A stretch of 63,883 nucleotides of DNA, filler included, from Phoronis australis (lineage: Eukaryota; Animalia; Phoronida), in NCBI GenBank assembly GCA_002633005.1. It is 6 parts of 6 records of this genome, joined end to end, with 100 filler letters (N's around TTAATTAATTAA, not from the genome) between each part and the next. Parts side by side here need not be neighbours in the genome. Positions count along the whole stretch, not along the records: positions 1 to 27,115 come from NMRA01000221.1; positions 27,216 to 33,169 come from NMRA01000622.1; positions 33,270 to 53,497 come from NMRA01001429.1; 3 more parts are not named here. One strand, given 5' to 3'. Within the stretch, counting starts at the first letter, position 1; each line of letters starts with the position of its first letter. The position numbers were made by a program, and so were the translations under genes. Under the pieces are notes generated by a model. It was not told the DNA's origin. It saw nothing but the letters and a program-made list of their open reading frames with translations, and made no database searches. Positions 25,086 through 39,000 of the stretch are shown piece after piece.

Positions 25086-25547
25086 TGGCCCTAACATTGG
25101 GAAGCGTGCATACAGGATTAACTCAACAATGACTACCATTGTACCCTCAACATGTATAACATTCTACAAAGGACAATTGTGAGAATGAATATGCACGTGA
25201 AATTTTGGTGAAGCTGCCATCACTATTCATATTACATCAAAAGGCAACAACAAAGACCATTTCAAAAATAACACCAAGGGGTAGTTGAGAAACTTTCATG
25301 ACCCTGTAGGCTCAACTATCCCGATGATCACGGCAACTGAGCTCCCTGCGGTTGATCATAGTTCTTTCCCCGTCTCCATGGTTACGCGCCTCTTCAGTGG
25401 ACCCCTTTACATAGAATAGACAAGCAATGACACCTGAACATCAGTTTGCTGATGGCCACAGTCAATTTGAATGTGTCTCCCGTTGTGCTCTCTCACTCTC
25501 CACCACTCTGGTTTTGAAATTGGTTTTTGTTGCCGCTCGCATCGCCG

Positions 25548-26410
25548 TCATAAGTCCGACGCCACCGCGTGCAAATTACGCAGCGCTGCACTCTTTGTTG
25601 CTCTCATCGGCCCGTGTGTGCTGTTCTTGCTGAACCTGGCCAGTATTGCATGAAGTTGAGGCTCAACAACACCCAACAGAGGGCGCTTCTGGGGAAGACT
25701 TTGCCAGCAGGCTTGCATAAGTTCCCAGCACTCCTCATCAAAGTGAACCAACTTTTCGGGACGAACCCCTAAAATAAACAGGATGCAGCAAATAACTGTG
25801 ACACGTCACACAAGAAAATACATAATTCTTAAACGCTCCATCTTTAAAACAAGAGCTACACGGAGCATTGATTTTCGCCCACTGTGCAGATAGAAGCGAT
25901 GATCACTATAATTTTATACATCCACTCTCAAAGGGACAATGCTGGTGAACTTAATAAATAACAACCTCTAGGCTCTAGGGGAAAGACAGAATTTGACTTG
26001 TCTGAACAATTTAATGTACAACGGAGAAAAAACTGCACGTAGCCTAACTTTATAAGTTGAGAATGGATCCAACTAATACTTATTTACTATCATCTCCGCA
26101 GTCCTTTCTCACTACAAATTCATTTACAACAAACATAGATGTGACGATAAGTATCTCAAGTAGCTAGCTAGCTCAAGCCATTTAATGGATATGACAATCC
26201 TGATACGACCATTTACCCACTGTCCCCACGTCCACCCACCTCTCTTGACTGCAGTCCACAGCTGGTCCTTACTGGCGCACTGCTCAAAGGAGTATGGCAG
26301 TTTCACACTGCCTGCGCAAACATACCAAAACAGGATGCCAAAGGCATAGACGTCTACACTGTTGTCATAGCTACCACTGAAGAGCTCTGGTGCCATGTGA
26401 ATAGGTGTAC
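25548..26410 (-). CDS. DSTYK: DSTYK last two exons: 26240-26410 and 25548-25768
   Basis: [39 protein letters not shown]...WTAVKRG | [22 protein letters not shown]...[11 protein letters not shown]...stop; canonical GT-AG sites with matching phases. Confidence 0.93.
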
Positions 26411-26967
26411 CTGAAATTAAGAATTAATTAAATAACTATAAAGAAAGTTCGAATTGATAAATCCCTGAATAATAAACTTTTAAATGACAAACAAACAAAG
26501 AAATACTAAGTGTCTCTCTTAAGCAGCAGATGTCAAGTTTCAATGTAAGGTCTTACACCATACCCTAAAAGTAACAATGATAGAACTGGCTACTGCCCGT
26601 TAGAAATGTTAGATATTCATGTTCAAATGCCAAATCAGTCGCCTGTTGTTATGTCATCTATTGATATGCAGATGTCCACGCATGTTATTTGAGATCAAAG
26701 CTTGTGGTTTGGGCCGTCAATACGGGGAGTTTAAGACAAGCAACTATATCATTTTTATGGTTGCGGAGAGCATGATTAGACGGGAGTCCTGGCTGATTTA
26801 TTGAGCTTTGAACCAACACCATATTTATCGTTTGTGTTTAAATACACATGGAATATTTCATAAACATGCAATGTGGACTACCAGCAAGTACCAAAGATAC
26901 AAACAGCAGTCAGTCTAATTTATTTACTACATCACAAAATGCTGTGACATTAGGCAAGACTGCAAAC

Positions 26968-27115
26968 CTACAATACTCCCACTCATTGTTACCTCACCCA
27001 GACACTACCTACCTACAATACTACCACTCATTGTTACCTCAGGCCAGACACTGCCTACTACAATACTGCCACTCATTGTTACCTCAGGCCAGACACTACC
27101 TACCTGCAATACTGC
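26968..27115. repeat. Distal end of the same 46-bp minisatellite
   Basis: About 3 units in the same orientation as 1-540, running into the scaffold end. Confidence 0.95.
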
Positions 27116-27215
27116 NNNNNNNNNNNNNNNNNNNNNNNNNNNNNNNNNNNNNNNNNNNNTTAATTAATTAANNNNNNNNNNNNNNNNNNNNNNNNNNNNN
27201 NNNNNNNNNNNNNNN
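27116..27215. other. Artificial scaffold-concatenation spacer (also 33170-33269, 53498-53597, 57068-57167, 60592-60691)
   Basis: Identical 100-bp N-TTAATTAATTAA-N blocks with stops in all six frames. Confidence 0.97.
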
Positions 27216-29640
27216 CAGTAAGGATGGACTAATCTGAAACGGTGGACCATAACATGTTCTTCCTTTTGGATTCCAGCACGTTTTCTATATATGCATGAAA
27301 AATTACATACTTTTATCTTTCACTGTCTACTATTAACTCCTAATTGAATATTTATGAGCTAGCATATTGCAAACCTGCCAAAGCCACTTCATTTCTAGTT
27401 AATTTATTATTATTATTATTATCTCGCCAAGAAATGAAATTATGGTCAATACCAAATCGAAGTATGTAGATAATTTGTTAGTTAATTGGACAAACATTTT
27501 TGTATATTTTTGATCATTAGGCTTCGTCAGGGAAACATTACGGTGAAGAGGTACCTTCAATAATACGTGATGTCTATTATTGTGATCATGATGCAATGTT
27601 ATAAACTGTTGTCATGTAATGACGGGCATAGTACAGAATATGATACTGGATATATTACAGGGTATGGCATGAGCTGTAATGAAAGAAGATTGGGTATGTA
27701 ATGATACAGGATGTTCTGAGATATGACATGGTATATGACTCATTACATTCCATGGGATAAACACAGGATGACATGTTGTATGATATGCAAGGCATAATAT
27801 CATTTCATACAATGTATAAAATAGGATATGTCGCAGAATGTGATAAAGGTAACATAGATTACAAGACTAGATACGATAGACATTATGACATGAGATATTA
27901 CACAAGAAATAATGGAATGTATTTAATGAGATATGACACAGGGTATGACATAGGATGTGACTCGGAATATCGAAAGATGTTTTATATTGCAGATCCCTCG
28001 ATTCGTGGTGACACATCAGCAAGGATGGACTAATCTGAAGCGGTGGACCATAACATGTTCTTCCTTTGGGATTCCAGCACGTCTTCTATATAAGCATCAG
28101 GAATTACATACTTTTATCCTGCACTGTCTACTATTAACACCTAATTGAATATTTATGAGCTAGCATATTGCAAAGCCACTTCATTTCTAGTTAATTTATT
28201 ATTATTATTATCTCGCCAAGAAATGAAATTATGGTCAATACCAAATGGAAGTATGTAGATATTTTTTTTTGTTATTTGGACGAACATTTTTGTATATTTT
28301 TGATCATTAGGCTTCATCAGGGAAACATTACGGTGAAGAGGTACAATCAATAAAACGTGATGTCTATTATTGTGATCATGATGCAATGTTATGAACTGTT
28401 GCCATGTAATGACGGGCATAGTACAGAATATGATACTGGATATATTACAGGGTAGGGCATGAGATGTAATGAATGAAGATTGGGTATGTAATGATACAGG
28501 ATGTTCTGAGATATGACATGGTATATGACAAATTGCATTCCATGGGATAAAACACAGGATGACATGTTGCATGACATACAAGGCATAATATCATTTCATA
28601 CAATGTATAGAATAGGATATGTCTCAGAATGTGATAAAGCTAACATAGATTACAAGACTAGATACGACAGACATTATGACATGAGATATTACACAAGATA
28701 TGATGGAATGTATGAAATGAGATATGGTACAGGGTATGACATAAGATGTGACTCGGAATATTAAAAGATGTTTTATATTGCAGATTACTCACTTTGTGGT
28801 GACACAACAGCAAAAAATGGACTAATCTAAAGCGGTGGACCACATAACGTGTTCTTCCTTTTGGATTCCAGCACGTTTTCTATATAGGCATACTTTTATC
28901 CTGTACTGTGTACTATTAACTCCTAATTGAATATTTATGAGCTAGCATATTGCAAACCTGCCGAAGCCACGTCATTTCTAGTTAATTTATTATTATTATT
29001 ATCTCGCCAAGAAATGAAATTGTGGTCAGTACCAAATGGAAGTCGAAAAAATTTCTTGTTCTTTGGATGGGGGGGGGGGTAAATTTTAAAAGTACAAGTC
29101 TGTCTAAACTGGCAGAACTTTTTCTTTGCAAACCTGACCAAACTTGAGTGTGTAAAGGTTAGTTTGAATATGGGTGGTAGACATTTAAGGGACAGTTTTC
29201 ATTTTGCAGAGTGATCAAATTTACAAGCAAAAAGGTTTGTGTAGTTCGCTGATGTACTCGGGCCTACAGGTAGCTTGGGGGGGGTTGGAGATTATTGAAT
29301 TATTATAGTGATTAGCGTGGACAGGAGAAGGAAAAAGTAACCTAAGCATAGATGGTGACTTACAAATGAACAATTATGTTTTGTTCTTTCCTTTGGATTC
29401 CAGCAAGTTTTCCATATAAGCTTCAGGAATCACATACTTTTATCCTTCACTGTCTACTGTTAAATCCTAATTGAATATTTGTAAGCTAGCATGTTGCAAA
29501 CCTGCCAAAGCCACGTCACTTCTAATTAATTTATTATTATTATCTTGCTATTAATGAAGTTGTGGTCAGCACCAAATGGAAGTATGTAAATTAACATTTT
29601 TTATTATTTGTATGAGTATTTTTGTCTATTGTTGATGGTT
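27216..29640. repeat. About 800-bp diverged tandem repeat (2 full copies plus partials)
   Basis: ggactaatct(g)aa..ggtggacc recurs at about 27226, 28027 and 28819; a further partial copy at about 29380-29640. Confidence 0.9.
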
Positions 29641-32273
29641 AGACTGCAAAGATTTAATTACTGTAGTACTTATTGTTATGAATTTTCAACAGGCTGTGAA
29701 ACTAGCATGCAGCACTAAATTTAATACTCTGCCATTTCCTAATTACTTTAGCAAATGCTGATTTCTATTGGGAGTAGTAGAAATGAGGATTTCAAGAGGG
29801 GGGATGGAGTGTAAAAGTACAAGTCTGTCTAAACTGCCAGAACTTTTTCTTTGCAAACTTGATCAAACTTGAGTGTGCAGAGTTTGGTCAAGTTAACATA
29901 CAAAAAGACGTGTATATAGTTCATTGATGTACTAGGGCCTACAGGTAGCTTTGAGGGGGTTATTGGATTATCATATTGATAGACTTGCCTTTTACACTTC
30001 CTCTCGAACCATGCATTAAATCGTTTAAGCATATGTTGTTACATAACAGAGTGTATACTAACTCTTTGTTATATAAGATGAAGATTGTTAATTGAGATAA
30101 ATGTCCCTATTGTAATCTAGTACAGAGTACTGAACACATGTTTTTTCTTTGTGATGTAGTGCAAAGATTGTTGATTAATGTTCAGGATATTTTGACATCT
30201 TCCCTTAAGGAAGGAGTCAGAATAATAATGAAAGCATGTTTTGCCATTTAGGTTCTGAATTCTCCCTGTTGATTAATTATGTTATCACTATAGCCCAATA
30301 TTNCATGTTTTTTCTTTGTGATGTAGTGCAAAGATTGTTGATTAATGTTCAGGATATTTTGACATCTTCCCTTAAGGAAGAAGTCAGAATAATAATGAAA
30401 GCATGTTTTGCCATTTAGGTTCTGAATTCTCCCTGTTGATTAATTATGTTATCACTATAGCCCAATATTTTATTTATTTACGTAGCCAACAGCACTTGCA
30501 TCCAGATTGGTCTGCCCTTAAAGTATTCATGTCAAAATATATTAAAATTTCAATAGTTAATTTTCAAAAACCAAAAGAACCGGACAATATTAATATTAAA
30601 ATGTGGGAGAGCCTCAGTACTGCCATGCAATGAATCAGTAATATCTGTAATATACTTAACTCATATATTGTTTAGTAGTATTATCATTAAATGATGAAGT
30701 GTGTGATTGAGTGTGCGAATGTGTGAGTGAAAGTCCTTGCCCCTTTTCCTTGTTCACCCTTTCACCCTTTAAAGATTATCAATGTATATTGTTGAAGAAT
30801 AAAATTATGAAAAAAAAATATTGATAGACATCGATAGGACAAGGAAAAAGTAACCTAAACATAAAGAGTGACTTCGACAAGTGAACAATTATGTAGAACT
30901 GATGGTCTCTTATGCTTAATTTGGATGTGGAAATATTTGAGCTGAACTTTACACAATGAGTTATTAGGATGCTTAGAGGCAAGTTAATTTCTCCGTACTT
31001 AAGCAAAAGATCCATCAATGCTANCTTGCATCCAGATTGGTCTGCCCTTAAAATATTCATGTCAAAATATATTAAAATTTCAATAGTTAATTTTCAAAAA
31101 CCAAAAGAACCGGACAATATTAATATTAAAATGTGGGAGAGCCTCAGTACTGCCATGCAATGAATCAGTAGTATCTGTAATATACTTAACTCATATATTG
31201 TTTAGTGGTATTATCATTAAATGATGAAGTGTGTGATTGAGTGTGCGAGTGTGTGAGTGAAAGTCCTTGCCCCTTTTCCTTGTTCACCCTTTCACCCTTT
31301 AAAGATTATCAATGTATATTGTTGAAGAATAAAATTATGAAAAAAAATATTGATAGACATCGATAGGACAAGGAAAAAGTAACCTAAACATAAAGGGTGA
31401 CTTCGACAAGTGAACAATTATGTAGAACTGATGGTCTTTTATGCTTAATTTGGATGTGGAAATATTTGAGCTGAATTTTACACAATGAGTTATTAGGATG
31501 CTTAGAGGCAAGTTAATTTCTCCGTACTTAAGCAAAAGATCCATCAATGCTACAACCCAACTTTGTAAAGTCTTCCAATATGTTTCTGCTGGATGTCCGT
31601 GGAAAACTTAGATGTTGCATCTATTGTTTTTGAATTTTTCGTTTTTGCTTGCTTACATGGTTAACTTTGTTAGATGCAGCATTTGTTATTTTGCCATTTT
31701 AACCATGTTAAACCTATATCAGTTGTATAGGCTTTGAATTATTCTATTTGTCATTACTTGTATTTTTAAGTTGTATGATAAACAAAAAGTGTAGTCACGT
31801 TGTTACTACCAATACCGCTCCAGTGATCTACAATTTCTCTTTCCCAAACTAAATGTTCCTGTCTGAGAGAAAGGTTAATGTTGTGAGTGGGTGGCTTATA
31901 TCCTTGGCCACGGTCTTGTATGCGTTGCACAAGTTGTGATGTTAGTGTAGGTACAGTTTAGGAATACATGACTGAATTAGTTGTCTAGTTATAGTGTTTT
32001 AGTCACAGTAATATTTGGTTAGAGTACTGAGGGTACAAATGTTTGTACAATCACGCATCGCTAAAGTGTACTTCAAAAGACGTTCCTAATGTATTCATTA
32101 TAAAGGCATGAATCCTTTGTTAATGTTGAAAACTTAGCTCTTGACTTGAAAATATGTACTACCAGATATCTGTTAAGTTCTAATCGAAGTGCGTTATAAT
32201 GTTGGTTAGTTGTATACAAAAACCTATTCCCACGACCTTGCCGACCGAATTTTCAAGTGTAACTTTGTATTTC

Positions 32274-32920
32274 TACGGGTGGTGCTACTCAGAAGCTCGG
32301 TAATTACGATAATGTGAGCAAACAGGATAAATTTATAAGTCATGGCTTGACGGCATGTGGTGCGACTTTTCTCCGGTTGATTGTTAAGTGCAAAAATGTG
32401 CCTTAAATTATACCAACGTCAAAGGACAAGACTGCACGTATAGTATATGGACACCTACAAGAAGCATTTGGGAATAATGCTGTGACCCAAAACTGAGCGC
32501 ATAAGTGTGAATCATATACTAGCTGCTTCAACAGACAAAACTATAGCTACAACATTTGGACTTCAACAAAAGGCCTTCAGAAATTATGTTATGATCCAAA
32601 ACCGGATGTTCACGTTATATGGACAAACGCAAAAGTGTTCATTTGATTCTGGCTACGTCAACCACAAAGACTAAAGTTACAACATATGGACACATACAGG
32701 AAGCCTTTGTCAATAATACTATGGATCAAAACGCAGTGTTTGTGTGTTATCAAAATTTTTGAGGAAGGCCCGGGCTCCGTTGAAGATGATGAGCAGTGCG
32801 AGGGACGATTGACAAGCACGAAAAAACAGAAATATATAACGAACGCTGTAGAAATTCGTTGTTTTGGCACTCACTGTTCATGGGTTATAGTGCGAAGTTT
32901 TGAAACGACTTCAGATGAGT
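32274..32920 (+). mobile_element. Mariner/Tc1 transposase fossil (N-terminal HTH region)
   Basis: Interrupted translations KTARIVYGHLQEAFGNNAV and TYGHIQEAFVNNTM...KIFEEGPGSVEDDEQCEGRLTST match the mariner EAFG...FEEG..SVEDD.RSGRP motif. Confidence 0.7.
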
Positions 32921-35917
32921 AATTTGCCACAAGCAACCAGAGCAGTGGAAATGCCTAGAGGAACTATTTAGCAAAAGTCCACGAAACATCATCGGTCCGT
33001 CAAGTTTTATCTGACCTTTGGTCAAATAACCGAAACTTTTGGGTTGCTGCACGTAAAAAATGCGTAGTTTGTAAACCGGCACGTGAGATAGCTTTGGAAT
33101 CGACGCAGCTTTGGCTGTGAGGAATTGAACAATCAGAGAGTAGACTAGAATACAAGTGTGACTGAGAAANNNNNNNNNNNNNNNNNNNNNNNNNNNNNNN
33201 NNNNNNNNNNNNNTTAATTAATTAANNNNNNNNNNNNNNNNNNNNNNNNNNNNNNNNNNNNNNNNNNNNTGTAATGAGTACATAAATATTGTGACGAATT
33301 CATTTACACACTGTCACACAAATCGCAGATTTTCGTCGATAGCGCTTCTATTAATTTCAAAAGCAAAACACATGCCCATGCCATTTACAATTCACATAAA
33401 GCGTCATGTTTATCATCAAAACTGCATCGTCTATGAATGCGGAAGTCTACACAGTAGCAACAAAATAAAAGCCAAAACACTGGTTAAGTGTTACACACCT
33501 AGACCTAAGAACAAAGCTGGTCTTTACACGAGGCTTCACTGACAAAACTAACCCCTGGCAAGTATCGGGCGAAAGTTGAAAAGATGCTCGAAGCGTGAAA
33601 CGTGATTGTTCAATTTTCTTGCAAAATCTCAATAAAAGATTTGTGGCCATAGGTCCTTGACTCGTGACTGCCAAACGTTGCTCGGGGCAAATAGTCTTTT
33701 TTAGACATATTGTGTGAAATTTCACTAAGATTACCGGAAGCGTGCTACGCAATTCGTCAATTTTTGAGTCGAATGTCGAACAAAATTCAGTTGTCACGGG
33801 TCATCAAGATTACGTGCAGAATTAACTAATTGAAAACGTGAGAAAACAAAACATCTTTGAAGATGTCTTGTTTACACTTTGACTTACCTACTTAGTGTAT
33901 GGAAAAGCAAATACATCTCAAAAGATGTGGAACTTGATGCATTGAATCAAGGAATCGATGGTCGAAACATAACGCGTTAGCTTATTTCTACAAATGTTTT
34001 AATTAGTGTCATGAACCGTAGCAGAAAAATCGATGACTCGTTTTTATTGATTTCACAAAGGGAACGCGCAGTTACAATAGACATCGGTAAGGCACATTTG
34101 AAGAAAATTAGAAGATTCAAGTGGTGACTAACGATGTATAAAACTACGGTGCGTAAATGTCAGGACAGGTGTCGAGCATAACTGTCAGTGTCAAGCTGAT
34201 GGTTGTAATTTCAGCCCGATCGCGAAGCCGTTCATGACACGTAATACCAGCGGTTTTACCTGGCAAATAATATGAATTTAAAACATGACAAACCGGTTTT
34301 GTCACTTTGCTCCATGGGAAAAATTTCCTGCAGCAACCTTGACAACTACCATGTCAACGACAATGAAAATGATAAATGATAATAATAACAATAATGATGA
34401 CATTTTTGAGTCTGAAATTGTATAAAATATTCAAGTGGACTAACACAAAGAATTGGCAATACAATATGAAACATTACTATAAGAACAATATTAATAATAA
34501 ATGAACGAATTTGTAAATAAATATATGATCAAAATGAACATACGTAATGAGAGACTTCGTTAAAAATGAAATTTTAATGTAGCAATAGTTGGAGTCGATC
34601 AAATGTTGTATGGTATGGAAGCTGCCGATGATGGACAGAAGGCGGCGCTGAACATACATTGTATTCGCCCTCGCATAAGACAATGGTAAGTTATTTGCTG
34701 ATCAAAATATGCGACTGAGACCCAGGTACTGTGAGACGAGATCGGGGAGATACTTATAAGTAATGATGCAACGAATGGTGGATAAGTCCGATTACGAGTC
34801 CCCTGAGGTGCAAAATCTTTTGATGACCTATTGTTTATTAAACAGCCTTTCGCTTGCAATTAATCAAAATATGTCACACAGCGAACAGATACGAAAAACA
34901 TACTTTCCACAAACAAGTTCATTTTATTCATGACATTAATGTATTATGCATTTCAGTTATTAATTATTAATCACGCACACGTTTCGACACCAGATGGTTA
35001 ATTGCGATAACGAAGCTGCAGTCAACATTCGTAATACTACGTGTTTCAAGGTCAATCGGTACAAACTGCAGATAGAAAAGCGGACATTTAGCGAATACAC
35101 GTGTGGTTGTCCGCATAAACATAAGACCGGACCATTTACGCAATATTTCTGAGCATTAAAATACATGGACTGCTTTTCATGTTTAATTGGCCCTTTGTGT
35201 GGCACATATTGAACAAACCCCAGCTAGTTCTACGTAAGGGCGTTCTCTCTCATTCCGATATTGATCAACTGTCAATGAATTATAATAATTTATGAATGAA
35301 CTTACTTGTGTGTAGACTCCATGGCAAATTCCAATTCACTGAACGCAGCCACGATGCTTTTACGCGTTATTATGTTTGGCTCATGATAGGCTGCCAGCAA
35401 TTTATAGCAATTTTAACGCAAGAACTTAGCAGTAATCTACGTCTAGTATCTTTTGCTTTATTGCCGTTGATATTTTTACCTGCGAAAACGAGCGCGGCTA
35501 AGACCTATTGATAATGGAACGCGACAATTATAAGTACAATACGAAGCTTCAGTCGATCTCCGGCTGATCAAATCACACAGTTACGAAAATCAAACTAGCG
35601 CGACTCCGCGGGACAGTAAGCGATGTCAACCGCCAGTATCGCTTGAATCCAGTAGTTTGTACCCCGGCGGCTCCTTTCAGTCGAAACAAAATCAAAGCTT
35701 TGTGAAATGGTAGTTAAAGTGGCAATAAACTTGCGCTGCGACAAAGAAGCGAACTTTTGATATAGACCACATACTGCTATAAAATTGGTCTTAACTTATT
35801 TCTTGCTCAGATGTGACGTGATTATTGGGCTCGCAAAGAACTGACAGCTCGATGTGATTGAAATCATCTGCAAACCGGCCGACAGCGCCGCCGTGACAAG
35901 TCAACTTGCAGAACTTG

Positions 35918-36070
35918 GGTAGGGTTCAGTAACGCTATAGGACCTCGCAAAACCAAGACTTCGGGAGATTGCGTGGGACATTGCCGTGTATTTTAAATGA
36001 GAACATTGGTGATTTTGGCTAGATTTTAGCGAGGTCCTAACGTAGGTCCTACCGCTACTGAGCTCCACCC
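35918..36070. mobile_element. About 150-bp MITE with imperfect TIRs
   Basis: gggtagggttcagtaacgctataggacct versus aggtcctaccgctactgagctccaccc. Confidence 0.6.
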
Positions 36071-39000
36071 TGGTCTACTAACTCGAAGTATCAATTTTCA
36101 ACTTCTAAGTCCTGAAATCATCTCTTATTTGGCTAAGGAATAGTTTAACACCCATGTCGTAACGGTGAGTGGTCTAATTCCATTAAACGTAGTTGTTTGT
36201 GATGGGCGGCGGAATCATAGTCGCCTTAAGATATCAAATTGCCAGACGAATACAATAAATTTATTCATTTTTAATGAAAAACGAAACCATTAAGCACCTG
36301 TAGCTTGAACCTCTGATGCGAAATTAAACTAATTAGCGTCGTTTCTGCTCAAAGATTCTCGAATTCACAACGGGGATCAACGCGCCAGAGTACCCGAAAC
36401 ACTGAGTAATGAATGGACCAAATTCAACCTGCCGGTGTCAATGCGGAGGACATCTATCTCACGAATAGGTTAGTTCTCAGACTCACCTGTCAACGAACTT
36501 TACAGTCACCACTCTGGCTGCCCAGTTTTCTCTGCGTACAAAATATGTGCGGAAATACAACACTTCGTGTTATGACTCACGCGAGGGATTCCAGACCTCT
36601 TTTGCTCCCCGTTTGTTTTTATTGCGATAAGCACTACAAATTTCTTACACCACCAAGCCAAAACAGCTTGCCTGTGTGGATGCTTCCGTGAGATAAAATG
36701 TTTACATCGGCTGGGTAAACAAATTCCAATTTTTTTGTGATATCTAAATACTTGCCCAGTGCGCGACGAGCATTTCCAACTGTCGTCAACATGTCCAGAC
36801 AGCTACAAAGTGGTGTTCTAATTCAAATCTAGAATATCGATTGGAACTTCAGACGATTTGCATGAACATAATACGTGCGTGTTCATGCAATGTACCTCTG
36901 TGACTGACTGACTGACTCACAGTTGTTGTCTGTGTTCAGCGCTAACAGTAGCAAAAGATTTAGTCTAATCCAAGCACAAAAATACTAATGGTTGGGGATC
37001 AGACCACAATTAGTGGTCTGAGGTTGGGGAAAGTCTGTTGTGTACTTACTGCGGCGATAGGATATATCACTCCCTCATGGTGCGAGAATTGAACATGTGC
37101 GCAGATCCGCTATCTATGCTACGTCTTCGGTATCTGGTTCAATAATGAGTTCTGGAGTGGGTTAAACTACTTAACATGGCTCGCTAAGTAGTTTGGAGTT
37201 GTCTCCCATCTGAGACATCGATCGAGAAAATTCACTAGCTGTTGAACAGAGATGAGAGGAGGAGTTGGCGACGTGTTGTGCCCAACGCATTTGAGATGCC
37301 GTGAAATTCCGGGGATGCATGGCCGCTCAGATGGGCGGGGTTTAGTTAGCCCATTATCATAGATTCAGAACAAAACAACGATACCAATTACAAAATGAAA
37401 TCTCTAACTCCAACGTTGTCACATTCGTTTTCCGAGTTACGGCGTCTTATGAAACATTCGTAATTTGTACTTCTATTTTGTGATCGAGTCTTTCGTGCCA
37501 AAGGGAATCAAACGTTTTGAAAATAATACCCACCACAGTATCTGAAAGTTTCATATGAATCCGAATTGCCGCTCTTTGGGATGTAATGATCTAAAGATAG
37601 CCAAATTTGGATAATTTTCTAGGGTTCTACTTAACCTAAAGGATTCGACAGGCTATTTTAGGAGTCCCGCATAAAAAGGNNNNNNNNNNNNNNNNNNNNN
37701 NNNNNNNNNNNNNNNNNNNNNNNNNNNNNNNNNNNNNNNNNNNNNNNNNNNNNNNNNNNNNNNNNNNNNNNNNNNNNNNNNNNNNNNNNNNNNNNNNNNN
37801 NNNNNNNNNNNNNNNNNNNNNNNNNNNNNNNNNNNNNNNNNNNNNNNNNNNNNNNNNNNNNNNNNNNNNNNNNNNNNNNNNNNNNNNNNNNNNNNNNNNN
37901 NNNNNNNNNNNNNNNNNNNNNNNNNNNNNNNNNNNNNNNNNNNNNNNNNNNNNNNNNNNNNNNNNNNNNNNNNNNATCAAGGAAAATGCTTGATTTTTAG
38001 CGGAAAAAACAGAAAACGTTTCTGTGCGGGAGAGGGGCAAACCCCCTCCCGACCTCCCCCCATTCGGTGCTATGCGCATCTACAATCGTGGTTTGCGCAA
38101 ATGCTTACAGCCGGACAAAATGTTGGCCCCCCCTTGTGATATCCTAGATCCGCCACTGTTACAACTCAGTCACCTCAAGACGCGAAAATACGAAAATAGT
38201 GTAATTAGCCACTGGAGTTCATTCAAAGACTGACTGCTCTGTTATCGTTCATTTGAGGCAGCTCACCTCCTAACTTTCCGTCTGCAGTGACCATAGGCAA
38301 AAATTTGTCACCGCAAGTGCTTCGCCGACAGTATTACATCTATCGAACACAGCCATGGGAAGAAAACTGGAAATTTCTCTTGCAAGTCAAACCTGGGGCG
38401 CGGGGTCTAGTCATTGTACTCTTAATAGAAATTGTTTTTGATAATTTCCGTTCTGGTTTATGCAAACTCAAGATAAGTATCTATGATTTTGTGATGCCAT
38501 ATGTTATGGTTTACGTGGACGGCTGTCTGGTCCTATGTTCATTGCACTGGATGACCTCTTGCATAAAAGCTATAAGCTCGAGTTTAAACTCAAAATTTCG
38601 TATTTTTACTCTAATTTGTAGCTTAAATTTAGGGTCATCAAGCGCGAACTTGGACTAGAAACTCACCTGAGTATAAACCGTATGCCTGGGCAGAGAGTAA
38701 ATACCCTGACACTTATGTTGAGCTTGTACTAAAGCTGGATTTAAAATGTCGATTCCGAGTACAAAAATTAGACCTAGAGGCTTGGTGACGAGGAGATTTC
38801 AACGAACACGTTATCTTTACCAGATCAATTCTAACAACGAGGCTATACTGTGAAATTGCAAACTTTTCACATTTTTCTGAATTGACCACGCATAAGATTC
38901 ACTTCCGCCGACATTTCCAAAGTGAAAATTGTAGGCCTGCCTTTCACAAAAATATTGGCCATAATCACATATCAGGCGATCATGCTTAGCAAATCCTGTC

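Noticed and set aside
27116-27215. Recurrent TTAATTAATTAA palindrome in gaps
   Set aside because: Artificial six-frame-stop linker; adjacency across these spacers has no biological meaning.
28290-28330. Hammerhead-like CTGATGA/CTGACGA on the minus strand of the 800-bp repeat
   Set aside because: No stem II closure or GAAA core follows; at most a decayed motif.
30137-31552. Near-identical tandem duplications (166 bp around N30303; about 530 bp around N31024)
   Set aside because: Each is centred on a single N, typical of unmerged overlapping contig or haplotype ends; likewise N24820.
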